Shown here in pieces: positions 1-12,700 of a stretch of DNA of 64,000 nucleotides. Numbering within the stretch: the first letter of the stretch is position 1; every line of letters begins with the position of its first letter. The stretch lies in contig OZ218955.1 in NCBI GenBank assembly GCA_965112735.1, positions 3,906,001 to 3,970,000 of the forward strand. Direction: 5' to 3'. The stretch comes from Phaeosaccion multiseriatum (Eukaryota > Protista > Ochrophyta, other classes). The notes beneath the pieces were generated by a model. That model had not been told where the DNA came from, made no database searches, and worked only from the letters and a program-made list of their open reading frames with translations. Both the position numbers and the translations under genes were made by a program.

Positions 1-2404
1 AGAGGTGGACATGCAGAGCGAGAGTCAGGGCGAAAGAGAGAGCAAAGAGAGTCTTCTCACTCAAGTCTGCGCCCATCTGGGCCGAACAGCCGAGCGGCAG
101 GAGACCGCGGGGGGGGCTCTCAGTCCAGAGACCATGGTGCTCCTCGGATGCAGGGCCTTGGGGAGGGGCGGCCCCTCCTACACCTCCGGGAGAGCATCTG
201 GGAGAGCAGGCCTTGGTGCCCCCCCCGGGGAGAGCGGGCGAGGGCGACGAGCAGGAGGAGGGGGAGTGGCGGGTTCGTCAGGTGTAGACGCCCCTTGTGG
301 TGATGATGATGATGATGATGATGATGATGTTGAAGGCGGACCTTCTTCCCGTCCTTCCCCAGGGGGGCAGGCTCAGGCTCTAGCGCTGTTCCGCTCAGTG
401 CTGGCGGTGGACTGTAACAATCCTGCGGCCTCTCTCGGCACGGCCTGCGCCCTGTGGAGGGCGGGCCTGCCGCAGAACGCCGCACCCATCCTCAGCCATC
501 TCCTGGCGTCCCATCCACTGCCATCCTCCTTCTCGTCGGTGTGTGCTGTGCCTCCTCCTCTCTCGGCCTCGGCCGTGGACACTGAGGGGAGAGTCTTCTT
601 CCGCCTCGATAACGTTGCTGCCCCCCCCATCCGCTGCCATCCCCCCCCCTTGCCACCGGAGAGACTCGCGTGGGCCAAGGCGTTGGCGTGCGCTGCCCAG
701 GGGGGCTGGGGTGCCCAAGGGGATCGGGGTGGTGCCCCGGGGGGCTGGGCAGGGGCCGCATCTGCCTGCAGAGTGGTGCTGGCTGGGCTGGCGCAAACAT
801 GCCGTGGCGTAGTGGGCACCGGAGCGGCAAGCGAGATTGCTGGACGGGTTGGTGATACAGCAGCAGACGGAGGAAGAGACGGACGAGGAGGAGGAGGAGG
901 AGGAGGAGGGCCTGGGGAGGGAGGGGGTTTGGCAAGAGCGGAGCCCGCATGTGCAGCAGAGCCTCATCAGCGAGACGGACGGCGTGGGGCCGAAGGGCTC
1001 TTTTGGAGCTCACTGCAGTGCCGAAGGGCTCCTCTGGGGGCACTGGCAGCTCCGTCCGCCTTCTTTGCGGCGCCATTTGGAAGGGCCGACAAGCGAGAAG
1101 AACAACAACAAGAGGGGCAAGGCAAAGAGAGGCAAGAGCGGCAACAGAGGCAAGAGAGGCTCCGTCTTGGTTCCGCGGCGGTGTCTCTGCTGCTCTACTC
1201 GCTCCTCGCACAGGGCAAGGCACGGGAGGCCTGGGCAGAGGCGCAGCGCTGGATTGAGTTTGAGGTTGAGACTGCTGAGACTGGCCAGCAGCAGCACCAC
1301 CACCACCACCACCACCATCAGTTGGTGCTACAGCTCACCGAGACCACGACCGACGCCAATCGGGCCCCTCTCCTTTCCCCGTGTGCTATGGCCACTGCCC
1401 GAGGGGGGGATGCCCGAGGGGGTGATGCCCGAGGGGGTGATGCCCGAGGGGGTGATAATCAGGGCCTCTCCGGGGTCGGCGCCGACCCGCGGGTGCTTCT
1501 CTACGCCGCAGATGCCCTCGTGTGCGTCAAGGGGAGTGTGAGGGGAGCGGGGCGCTTGGTCTCGCGGGCCTTGGAAGCAGTGCAGATGCGGCAGTTGGTG
1601 ATACAGCCGCAGCAGCAGCAGCAGAGAAAGAAGCGAAAGAGGCAGGAGGACGAGGAGGAGGAGAAGCAGGTGGAGAGTGATGGGCAAGCTCCCCCCGGGT
1701 CAGTAGCAGCCGCAGCAGGTGGTGGTACAGCAAGCGGCGGCACCAACACAGCCAACCCCTTGCCACCCCCTCCCTCCCCGCTCGATCGCCGCCTGCACGT
1801 CACTGCACTCAATAACGCGGCGCTTGTGCTCGTGGGTAGGGGGAGGCTGCTGGACGCGTGTCACCACCTAAGGGCCGCGCTGAGACTCGCCCCGAGGGCG
1901 GAGGGGGAGCAAGAGACCGAGCAGTTGGTGATACAGCCTGCCTTCAACCTGGCGCTCGTGCTGTGGCGGATGGGGCGGCGCGAGGCAGCGGCGGAGCACT
2001 GGCTGCACTTCAGGGGGATGGCAACGGATGGGGGGCAACCCAGGGGGGTAGGGGTGGGGATGGGGATGGCAGCGGATGGAGTGGAGGAGTGCGGGGACGC
2101 AGGGGCGGCAGAAGTGGCGGCGTTGGAAGGGCTGCTGAGGAGGGTGCAGAAGCAGCGGAGGAAGATCCGGCAGCAGCGGCAGCAGTTGGTGATACAGCAG
2201 CAACAAAAACAGCAGCAGCAGCAGCAGGAGGAGGAGGAGGAGGAGGAGGTGGTGGTGGGTGGGGCAGGGCTTGAGAGGACGGGAGCAGGGGCAGCAGTTG
2301 GTGATACAGCAGTAGCAGCGCTGGAGGATACGGATCAGATGCTTCTCCTGGACATTATGGTGCTTCGCCACAAGCTGTCTGAGAGGGCCGGAGTCGTCCT
2401 CTAA
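1..2404 (+). CDS. TPR-like repeat protein with low-complexity insertions (probably 5'-partial)
   Basis: 799-codon open frame running from the window edge. TPR-like helices: AQALALFRSVLAVDCNNPAASLGTA, ALNNAALVLVGRGRLLDACHHLRAALRLAP and AFNLALVLWRMGRREAAAEHW. It also has poly-D/Q/E/H tracts and a basic RKKRKR segment. Confidence 0.6.
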   Translation, partial: EVDMQSESQGERESKESLLTQVCAHLGRTAERQETAGGALSPETMVLLGCRALGRGGPSYTSGRASGRAGLGAPPGESGRGRRAGGGGVAGSSGVDAPCGDDDDDDDDDVEGGPSSRPSPGGQAQALALFRSVLAVDCNNPAASLGTACALWRAGLPQNAAPILSHLLASHPLPSSFSSVCAVPPPLSASAVDTEGRVFFRLDNVAAPPIRCHPPPLPPERLAWAKALACAAQGGWGAQGDRGGAPGGWAGAASACRVVLAGLAQTCRGVVGTGAASEIAGRVGDTAADGGRDGRGGGGGGGGPGEGGGLARAEPACAAEPHQRDGRRGAEGLFWSSLQCRRAPLGALAAPSAFFAAPFGRADKREEQQQEGQGKERQERQQRQERLRLGSAAVSLLLYSLLAQGKAREAWAEAQRWIEFEVETAETGQQQHHHHHHHHQLVLQLTETTTDANRAPLLSPCAMATARGGDARGGDARGGDARGGDNQGLSGVGADPRVLLYAADALVCVKGSVRGAGRLVSRALEAVQMRQLVIQPQQQQQRKKRKRQEDEEEEKQVESDGQAPPGSVAAAAGGGTASGGTNTANPLPPPPSPLDRRLHVTALNNAALVLVGRGRLLDACHHLRAALRLAPRAEGEQETEQLVIQPAFNLALVLWRMGRREAAAEHWLHFRGMATDGGQPRGVGVGMGMAADGVEECGDAGAAEVAALEGLLRRVQKQRRKIRQQRQQLVIQQQQKQQQQQQEEEEEEEVVVGGAGLERTGAGAAVGDTAVAALEDTDQMLLLDIMVLRHKLSERAGVVL
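1396..1456 (+). repeat. 15-bp coding tandem repeat x4 (ARGGD)
   Basis: gcccgagggggtgat repeated four times in frame. Confidence 0.9.
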
Positions 2405-3483
2405 CAATCAAAGAGCGTTAACAGTGAGAGAGCCGGAGTGATATTGTATGATGTGCCCAACCCCAACACGCTGGTTCCACTTCCGTCTCTCTTCTCCCAC
2501 AACCTCTTCCACCCCTGCCCGCGACGGTGACCGTATAAGTGGGGTCAGCTGCTTACTCCTCTTCCGCCAGCACTCCGAGGGGGCCCTCTCGTCCTGCTCT
2601 CAGAGGGCACTCGGCGATGGTCTGGACTGCCGTCAGCCGCCACCCCCTCTCTCCACCTCCAGGCATATGGGCATGGAAACCCTCACACGGTCCACCTGCG
2701 TGGGAGGGAGTCACGCCCCCCCCCCCTCTCTTTGCGTCGCTTTGGCCGAGCCGAGTCTGACACATCAGCGGTCGTGATTCCGTTTGTGATCAGATCAGCT
2801 GTTGCCATTTGCCATGCCCTCTCCTCAGGCTCCTGGGCTGGCTCCCCTGATGGGTTCGGTCCTTCGGGCCGCCGCCCCGAGCAAGTCAGCCCCTCCTCCC
2901 CTCTCGATGGGCCTCTCGGACTCTCGAGGAACCGTCCCAACGTGATGGAAGAGATGGAAGAAGGGCCATCCTCCTTCCCGCCTCGATCTGGCCCGGGAGG
3001 AGGGTCTCCGAGCCGTGATCACGTGATGGTAGGAAGGCTAGAGGAGCTGCCCGGTGCGTCACCTATCTCTCTTCGCAAGGTGGGCAGCACACACGCACCC
3101 AATACCCTCCCCCCCTTCCTCTCCGCTCCTCGCGCCGCGTCCCTTGAGTCTTGTGGGCCTCTGGTCGTCTCGGTTGGGGAGCCTTGTGACTCCCTGGGTT
3201 GGTCGCCTGCTGGTCCCCGGAGGGGGGGGGCACCGGAGCACCATGGCGATCCTAACGACTCTGCCCCGATGGGCTGGCAAAGGGCTGGGGAGGGCTCTCG
3301 TCGTTCGTTCGAGTCGGGCCAGCCACACACCAAAACATGGCACACCACATGGAGCACCAACATGCATGCTCACATGCGACCCGGAGTAGAGTACCCACCG
3401 CACGTTCCTTAGATGGCAGTGGATGTGGCACGAAACGGATGGCACTCAATGGGAGTAGTGAGTTGGACAAAATCCTCGCCTCT

Positions 3484-4523
3484 TCACCAGGGCACCAGCA
3501 GCGCACCAACAGCCCCAAGCACGGCAACGAGCCACACCCCGACCATGCTGCCGAACGAGAGCGCCTGCAGCTTCCCCGTGGCACCGCCACAATCGCCCAG
3601 ACCCCGATACGGCACCCTGCCCTTGTTGTACTCGTAGCGAGGGCACATGTAGTCGTCATAGGAGCACTGCCACTCGTCGCACATCTCGAACACGCTGCAC
3701 AGGATGCGGCCCGAGCTGGTGCGGCACCAGTCCGCCTCGAGGTGGTACAGGGGTGAGTTGGGCTGCGTGGAGAGCTCTGTGCAAGTGCAGCCGCAGTAGG
3801 CCATGGCCTCCTGCCTGAGCATGTCGTTGATGATACACTCATCTCCGCACATGATATCGTAGATATACCACTCCTCTACAGGGCCGTGCCTGCCCGCGCG
3901 GTCTGTGAACATGCTTTGCATCTTTGGTGCGGGCAAGGGAGAGGGGGGAGGGGGCAGGAGGGTTGATTAGCACAGACAAGGAAGGAAAGAGGCCAAGTGA
4001 GGGGAGCTTAGTCTTCATACTTCAAATATCCAAACAGCATGCAGCATCGGACAACTGCCGGTGTTACTCCGCTTGCTCGCCTGGACTATTCATCTCTCCC
4101 CTCACCCCTTTGAACCTCCTATCTCCTATCTCCTCTCCTCTTTCCTCCCTCCTCCCTCACCTGGATGTGACACTCCTGGTGTATCTTCTCCATGGCCTGC
4201 CCATTGGTGAGCTCTGCCGAGGAGAAGATCCAAAAGTCGGACATGTCTGTGTCTGTGGTCAGCGCTCCCTCGTAGGCGATGTTGTACCATTCCTCGTAGA
4301 GCGTCACGTTGCACGGAAAGGACGCCGAGGACGCCGAGGACGAGCTTCCCCAGGCTCGCCCAATGACGAGGCCGAGGAGGCACGTGAGGACCAGGCGTAG
4401 GCGCCGAAGCGACAACGACGACGGTGACGACGACCGCGAGATACCCTCTCGGGTCCTTCTTCTGCCCGTGCTTGAAGTACCTCCACGACTGGGGATTCCT
4501 ATGATGCTGAAACCGGTGCCCAT
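3484..4523 (-). CDS. Secreted Cys-rich protein with C-terminal hydrophobic tail (GPI-anchor-like), 2 exons (4523-4161, 3921-3484)
   Basis: Hydrophobic LRLVLTCLLGLVIGRAWG segment. Phase-0 GT-AG intron joins HIQ|MQS. Many Cys (CGDEC, CGCTC, WCR, CDEWQC, MCP). Ends SFGSMVGVWLVAVLGAVGALLVPW*. Confidence 0.75.
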
Positions 4524-4948
4524 CTTTGTATGAGCGACTGGAACCGCTTTCGTCGTGAGCCTCGGGAGAGCTTTCGTCGTGAGCCTCGCTCTACGCTGGG
4601 GCAGAAGGAGGCGGCCAAGGAAATGTCTTCCTTGGCCCCCTTCACTCCACGCCATTGCCCCCCTTTTGCTTCCTTTCCTCTCAATTGAGTCATGAACCAA
4701 GCAGCAAGAGGAACATGCCCTGCTGTGGCTTGTCCCCTTCTCCGGGCAAGGGCCTTCCCCGTGGAGGGCCATCGGAAATAAAGAGCGCAAACAAAGGAGG
4801 TCAGAAGAGACGAAAAAAAACAAGGGCCAAGGTGTAACGGCAGGATGCCCACTTTGGGGGGCCCAATTTACGCGAGAGGGGCAAAGATCGATTGTAAAAA
4901 CAGGAAGGGGATAAGGAGGAGGAGGGATAGAGACAGAGCTGATACAAG

Positions 4949-6719
4949 ATGGTAGCTGGCAGGGCCCTGCTATGCCTGGCCCTTGCCGGGCAGGCGTCAG
5001 GTAAGAATGACTGTGGAAGGGAACGCCTTGTTTTGAGCGCGTACGACACAAAATGAGGATCATACATCCAGCTGGGCTGTTTTTACTTTGCAAATACCCT
5101 TCCCAGAGCGTGGACGGAAGGCGGGGGGGGGGGAGAATGGGAGAGTGCTGAGCGATTGTCGCATTCGAGGCATAGCTCCGGGGGCACTTGCCTTCGTTTG
5201 GCTTGGAAGGAAATGTCATGTTGCGGTTCATTCATGCAATCCATGGAGAGGCATGTGGTTCACGGATGACGGAGGCGGAGCGTTTTATGCGGCTGTTCTG
5301 CATGCGCTTGACTCTCAGCCTCCCTTGGCGCTCGCAGCTCATTTGTTCCCAGCCTCAGACGAGGGAGATACGTTTTTGTCTCTGTTCATGACACGATGAC
5401 ACACCCCCCCCTCTTTCCCCCTCCCCCCCCCCTTCCTAGCCCTCCTCCCTCCCTCTTTGCATTGAACCCCTCATCGATGCATCATAATTGTTCTGAGGAG
5501 GCCCTTGTTGTCGTCTCTGCCCATGGCTTTTTGCCTTTACCAACTTTGCTTAGCCTTTGTTCCTACACATTTAACGATCACCACCCCTCCCCCTCCTCCT
5601 GAATGCCGTACCCGTAATAACCCACAGCCTTCCTGCCATCCTTCAACGGCTTGATGCGGGCGGTCAGCAACCCCTTCGGCCCCACGCAGCAAAGCACTCA
5701 GCACAGCACCCAACTCAAGATGGCTACACCTGAGCCCGTGGCAAGCACCAAGGCGCAGCGATCCTCCGATGCCCTCGAGGCATATGTCATGTCGAAGGGA
5801 GGCTCTCTCCCAATCCGCAAGGTGAGACTGAAGACTGGATATGGAGGCGTATCGGCACATGGGCACGGCATGTACCAGAGGCACATGCTCGAGAGAGAGG
5901 GGCACCCACCCAATCTGGACCTTTCCTTCCTCCTCCGGAGGGGCTAGGGCCTACCTTGATGTTTAAAGTTGGGATCATATCGGCACACGGGTCGTGTGCT
6001 ACTTGGAGGCTGTCTGTAGCGCCAGCTGTGATTATAGCACCAACAACACTCCCTTGGTTGGACAGTAGTTAGAAGGGCAAAGTACTGGGCTGCCTCGGAG
6101 AGGAAAAGTGACACAAAGAGCGCCCCCTCCTTCCCCTTGATCAATCGATTGACTGATTGATTGAATGCTTGATTGCTTGATGTGCTCTCTCAGATCCTGC
6201 TGGCCAACAACGGCATGGCGGCAACGAAGGCCATCATCTCCATGCGGCAGTGGGCCTACCTTGAGTTCGGAGACGAGCACGCCATCGAGTTTGTGGCCAT
6301 GGCCACCCCTGAGGTGAGGAGAGGGGGAAAGAGGGAGAGAGGTGGCTGCCGTACGAGGAGGGGTGGGTGGAGGATGGAGGTGTTGGCATCGACTTCGGTT
6401 GGTGGCTTTCCAAGCTTGAGGTGGGACCGGAGCAATAGCCACTAACCCTGTCTGCCTCTCCCTCCGTCCCCACCCCCCCACAGGACATGACTGCCAACGC
6501 CGAGTTCATCCGCCTTGCCGACTCCATCGTGGAGGTGCCCGGCGGCAAGAACAGCAACAACTACGCCAACGTCGACCTCATCGTCGACATTGCCAAGAAG
6601 GAGGGCGTGGACGCCGTATGGCCGGGATGGGGTCACGCCTCGGAGAACCCCAAGCTGCCCGGCAGCTTGACCGCAAACGTGAGTATGTGCATGAGTGCGT
6701 GAGTGAGGGCTGTGGGTGG

Positions 6720-6754
<35 letters not shown>

Positions 6755-9700
6755 GAAAAGGGGGTGTTCCATCTGGGTGATGGTGCGGGAGGGTGCCCTC
6801 CTCTTCCTCCTCACTCCCAAACTCCTTCCTCCTCCTCACCCCCACCCCGCAGAACATCAAATTCATCGGCCCCACGGCTCCGGTCATGTCCGTTCTCGGC
6901 GACAAGATCGCAGCCAACATCCTTGCTCAGACGGCCAAGGTCCCCTCCATCCCCTGGTCCGGCGACGGCCTCAGCGCGGAGCTGACGGAGGAGGGCACCA
7001 TTCCGGACGCGGTGTTCCAGGTACGTTACATGGTAGCAGACAGTATTACCTATCGTAGTCACTCTCTCTCCCTTTTTGTTCTTTAACCCGACACCAGGTA
7101 CCATACCTAACTTCCTTCTCCTCTTGTCTCTCTCTCTATCTCGACCTACGGACATGGGTGCCATCCCTTCTTTCTAACATATCGCCATCTGATGCCATCC
7201 CTGGTCCCCTCTCACAGGAAGCGACTGTGCACTCTGTGGAGGAGGCCATCGAGGCCGCCAAGAAGATCGGTGAGGGACAATGGAGGCATACAGAGGCGTA
7301 CGAGCATGGACGGATGAGGGGTGGGGGTTTGCTTAGCTCATGTGTTGTGATGCCTTCCCTGAGGCTCTGCTGCTTGAGAGTGTAACGCCATTTCGTTTCC
7401 ATAACCGTGTGTACTTAGGCTTCCCCATCATGGTGAAAGCGTCCGAGGGCGGCGGAGGAAAGGGCATTCGCATGAGCGCCAATGAGGAGGAGCTTCGCAC
7501 CCACTTTGTGCAGGTAAGGAGGGCATAGAGAAAATAGAGTACAGAGTAAGGAGGGCATAGAGGGAAGAGTCCGAGTGAGGAGGGTGATGAGGAAAGAGGC
7601 AAAGTAAAGTAAACACACAGAGAAGATTGGGTAACCTCCCTCACTCTTATTGTGCTTTCTCTCTATGCGTTCCTTCCCCTCTCTCACCCTCCCTCTCTCT
7701 GTGCCTTCCCTCTCCCCTACCCTCTGTGGCCCTCCCCTCCCCTCCCCTCAGGTCAGCAACGAAGTGATCGGCTCGCCAATCTTCATGATGCAGCTGTGCA
7801 CCGGAGCAAGGCATATCGAGGTGGGTGGGTGCGTGGGTAGATCTTCTTATTGCCCTCCTTCATTGAGTGAGCTCTGCCGTTGGGAGGGGCGGTGTGGTTT
7901 CTGCCCTCCACTTCCCCATATACTGCTTCCCTTCCTCATGCGTACTATGCGACCCCTTCACCCGCAATCAAAACAATCAAAACAGGTCCAAATCGTGGGC
8001 GACGAGCACGGAAATGCGGTGGCCATCAACGGCCGTGACTGCTCCACGCAGAGGCGCTTCCAGAAGATCTTCGAGGAGGGCCCCCCCACCATTGTGCCGC
8101 CAGACACCTTCAAGGAGATGGAGAGGGCCGCGCAGAGACTCACACAGGTACGGAGGGGCACGGGAGGGGCACGGGAGGGGCACGGGAGGGTGGGAGTTTG
8201 TCTATTTTGTCGGACTGGCACTCACATTCAGGGAGGAAGGAAGGAAGGAAGGGAGAAAGGAAGGCTCACTCTCGCTCACGCACGCACTCACCCTTCACTC
8301 ACCCTGCCCACTCATTGACTTACTAACTCACTCGCACTTCCACCCCCCTCCCCTCCATCCACTGCCATCTGCAGAACATCGGCTACCGCGGGGCGGGCAC
8401 TGTGGAGTACCTGTTCAACCCTTCGGACGGCAAGTTCTACTTCCTAGAACTGAACCCGCGACTGCAGGTGGAGCACCCCGTCACGGAGGGGCTCTCGGAG
8501 GCCAACGTGCCCGCTCTGCAGCTGCAGGTACGGCACTAGATGGCACTAGACGGATGGAGAGGGCAAAGAGACAGAGGGAGAGCGCCTTACTTGCTCACTC
8601 ACCTCACTCACCTGCCTCCCTCCCCCCCTCTCTGTCCTCTCCCTCTGTATCACCAACAGGTGGCCATGGGCATTCCCCTTAACCGCATCCCCGACATTCG
8701 GCGCTTCTACGGAAAGGACATGGACGCGGATGACGCCATCGACTTCATGACTGAGGACTACGCACCCATCCGAAAACACGTACGTATGTAGCCTTACGTA
8801 GTAGCAAGTAGATACACATGGGTAGAGGGCGGCGCTTTGCTTGTTCATTGTGTTCCGATTTGCTGATTGATTGATTGATGGCTGTCCTCCTTCTCCTCTT
8901 ACTCCTGGTCCCCCTCCTCTTACTCCTTCTCCTCTTCCTCCTCCCCCCTCTTCCTCTTACTCCTTGTCCTCCTCCTCACAGGTGATCGCTGCCCGTATCA
9001 CAGCCGAGAACCCCGACGAGGGCTTCAAGCCCACCTCCGGCACCATCGAGAGGGTCAAGTTCCAGTCCACCCCCGCCGTGTGGGGATACTTCTCAGTGGG
9101 AGCCAACGGAGGTGAGGAGGAGGAGGAGGAGGAGGAGGAGGAGAGGTGGGGAGGATCGTCATCTGTTCTATCACCAGTGTTTGGTGTCTCATGAGTCGCT
9201 GCAACGGGTGGGCACTCTCTCTGACGGCGCTCTTCTTGCTCGGCCTTGCTACTGCTGCTACTGTACCACCAACTGCTATTCTATCAGGCATCCACGAGTT
9301 CGCTGACTCTCAGTTTGGGCATCTGTTCGCGTCGGGGCCCAACCGAGAGGCGGCAAGGAAGAACCTTGTGCTGGCCCTCAAGGAGATCGAGGTACGCACA
9401 CGTACATAAGCCTTACATGTCCCTTACATAACTTTAATGCTACTTGCCCGGCGCACCCTATGCCCTCTACTTCAGAACGTCCCTTTGCCCCTGTGCGATG
9501 CTCTACTCTTATGCTCTACCCTCTGTGCTCTACTCTTAAGGTGCGTGGCGAGATCCGCACGACTGTCGAGTACCTCGTGCAGCTGCTGGAGACGACGGCC
9601 TTCAAGGAGAACACCATCGACACCTCCTGGCTCGACGGACTCATCAAGGAGAAGAGCGTGGGGGTGAGCTTTGAGCCGCACCTCGTTGTGACCAGCGCCG

Positions 9701-12700
9701 TGGTGTACAGAGGGTGGCAGCACATCCTGGACACTGTCAAGGACTACGAGGGACAGCTGGACAAGGGGCAGACCGGCCTCATCGGCTTGCAGGGCATCAA
9801 CACCTTCCCCATTGAGATCAGCTACGAGGGCGTCAAGTACTCGTTTACCGTGCAGAGGGCCGCGAAGGACCTCCTCAAGCTCACCATCAACGGCCAGACC
9901 ATCGACGTCAGGATCCGCGAGCAGCCTGACAAGAGCCTGCTTGCCTCCTTCGGCGGCTCCACCCGCCTCATCTTCGGCCAGGAGGAGCCGCTGGGCCTGC
10001 GGATGGTACTGGACGGCTGCACCGTACTTCTGCCCAACATCTTCGACCCGTCCGAGCTCAGGAGCGACCTCACCGGCAAGGTGGTGCGATACCTGCAGGA
10101 GGATGGAGACGCAGTCACAGCTGGCGAGCCCTTCGTGGAGGTGGAGGCCATGAAGATGATCATGCCGCTCAAGGCCACTGAGTCTGGGGCGATCTCCCAT
10201 GCGCTGTCCCCCGGCTCCATCATCTCCGCCGGAGACTTGCTCGCAAACCTCAAACTGCAGGACCCCAGCAAGGTACGTTCGTGAGTTACGTAAGGCCCTT
10301 ATCTTGTTATACCCCACAATGTACTTCCCACCTACGGCGCCTTACGTACGTATGGCCGTAGGCTATGTATGGTACCCGAGGGGGTCCTGTACATACACCC
10401 AATGGGGAAGAGGTCATTCTTTCTTGCGCCCACCCCCCCACTCACCACTCACCCCCCTTTATTCCCTCCCGACCCCCCCAACCTCACCCCCAGGTCAAGA
10501 AGATGGAACCCTTCGCGGGGCAGCTGGACCTGAGCAACGACCCCGTGGAGGCCACTGACGCCGACTCGCTCGTGTCCATGCTGAGTCAGGCCATGTCGGG
10601 CTTCGAGCAGGACATCGACCCTGTGGGCAAGCTCACTAAGCTCATCACCGACCCTGAGGTGGTGGTGGACAAGCTCGTGGGGCTCTTCAATCAGTACCTT
10701 GGCGTGGAAGAGAAGGTGTGTGTTGGTGGTACAAAGTGAATGTGGGGCTGTGGAATCGAGTCGGTACCTTCACTCGTCGAGGAGGAGAAGGAGGAGGAGA
10801 AGGAGGAAGAGGAAGACCCCTTGACACTGACTCGAACCCCCTGCCTGTCTCTGCCAGTCCACCCTTTATTCTCCGCGTCTCTCTCACTCACTCACCCGCA
10901 CCCACACACGCACCCCACACACATCGTTTTACAACATTACCACAAGTCTTACGCCCTCTCCCTCCCTCCCCCCCCCCTCCCCCTCAGTTCGCCAACTCCC
11001 CCGACCCCGACGCAGTTGTGGCGGGGCTCATCAAGGACAACAAGGACACCCCCGGGGCCGTGCTGGACATCGTGCTGCAACACCAGCAGAGGAGCCGCAC
11101 CACCGAGCTCACCCTGGCGCTGCTCAGGGCCATCCGCACCTTCAGCGACGTGTATGGAGACTGGAACAGCACCGCTGAGCTCAAGGACTGCCTCTCCAGG
11201 TGGGTAGGTGTAGTATGTCAATGGGCCTATAGAATGTCCCATCTCTTCCTCCAACCCATTGGCGTAGTGGCTCTGTGCGGCAGCATGCTCACACGCAGTC
11301 CTCCCTCCCTCGCTCCCTCCTCACAGGCTGGCGGCCCTCCCCGGCAAGTCTTACGGCCAAGTGTCCATCGAGGCCGCAGAGCTCATGGACGAGGCGGCAC
11401 AGCTTCCCTTCGACGACAGGGTGAGTGGGTGCTTGAGGGAGCTACTACTACTCTGCCTTCTACCTTTCTCTTAATACAGTCTCGCCGTCCCTCTCTCCGT
11501 CTCTTTTCTCTCTCCCACTCACCCTGTCTCCCTCTCTCTCTCCCTCTTGCGTGGTCTCAGGTGCGTGAGCTGAGAGCCGACCTGCTTAAGAGCGCGGACC
11601 TCGAGGCTCTCGCCTGCTCACCGAGCCTCTCCGTGGGCGTGGACCTGCTCTCAGCACTCTTCGCCGACGAGGACCAGAAGGTTAGTAGCGAGCGGGGCAG
11701 GGAGAGAGGGAGGGAAGGAGACGGAGGCCTATTAGTGTCAGTCGTCCGGCGCTTTCTTGTTGTCCTCACTCTCCACCCCCTTACTCTCCGCTGTCTGGTC
11801 CCTCTCACCTCCTCTGTGCTGTGTATCTGTGAATGGTGAATGACCAATACCGACAGGTCCGTGAGGGTGCCCTGGAGGTGTACATCCGACGCTCTTACCG
11901 CTCGCACCTCATTGAGTCGCTGTCCGTCACCACCACCGACGACCGCACACAAGTCGAGTGGTCCTTCAAGTTCGAGACCGGACCTGTGAGTAGAGTGGAG
12001 CAGTTGGTGCTATCGTTGCCTCCCCTCCCTGCCCATCCCCTGCTGATCCTTCCCGCCCTCCAATCCACCCATGTATCCCCCCCCCCCTCACAGGACCAGC
12101 CCTCGCCTATCCGACACGGCAGCTTCACTCTGTTCAAGAGCTTCTCGGAGCTCACCCCCGAAGCCATGGCCTCTCTCACCGCTCCTCTCGCCCCTCTGGC
12201 CAAGGACCAGACACACGAGGAGGCACTCAACGTCCTGTCCATTGCCTTCCTCGACAACACCGCCCCCATCTCGGCAGACGCACAGCTCGAGCCCTTCATT
12301 CAGAAGAGTGAGGAGGTGAGTGGGTGTGGGTGCGTGCGTGGTGGGTGGGAGGGGGTGCTCGTTGCCTTGTGGCGGCCTTGTTCATGTGTTGCCCGTGTTC
12401 TTTGTAAGTGGGGCTGGCTGTCCTCTCTCTCCACTCACCCCTTTTGCGTGCCCCGAGTAGACCCGATAGGAGGAGAAAGGGGATTAACCTAGATAGATAG
12501 ATCGATAGATAGACAGATCACCAATCCTCCTTCTTTGTAGTACTTCATAGTTTCTAGTTTAGCGAGCTTATCCACTTGGTTGCCTTCGCCTCCTATGTGG
12601 GGCCTCCGGTACCTGAGTCTACAAGATTCGCAAGAGTGAGAGTGGCGGTTTCGTCGCTCTCGAGGTAGCCTGCCCTCTTTGGCGGCTGGACAGGGCGACC

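Noticed and set aside
9472-10317. Long antisense ORFs over ACCase (and likewise over the TKL, TOG and RPP30 exons)
   Set aside because: Shadow ORFs expected from GC3-rich codon usage, with no recognisable motifs.
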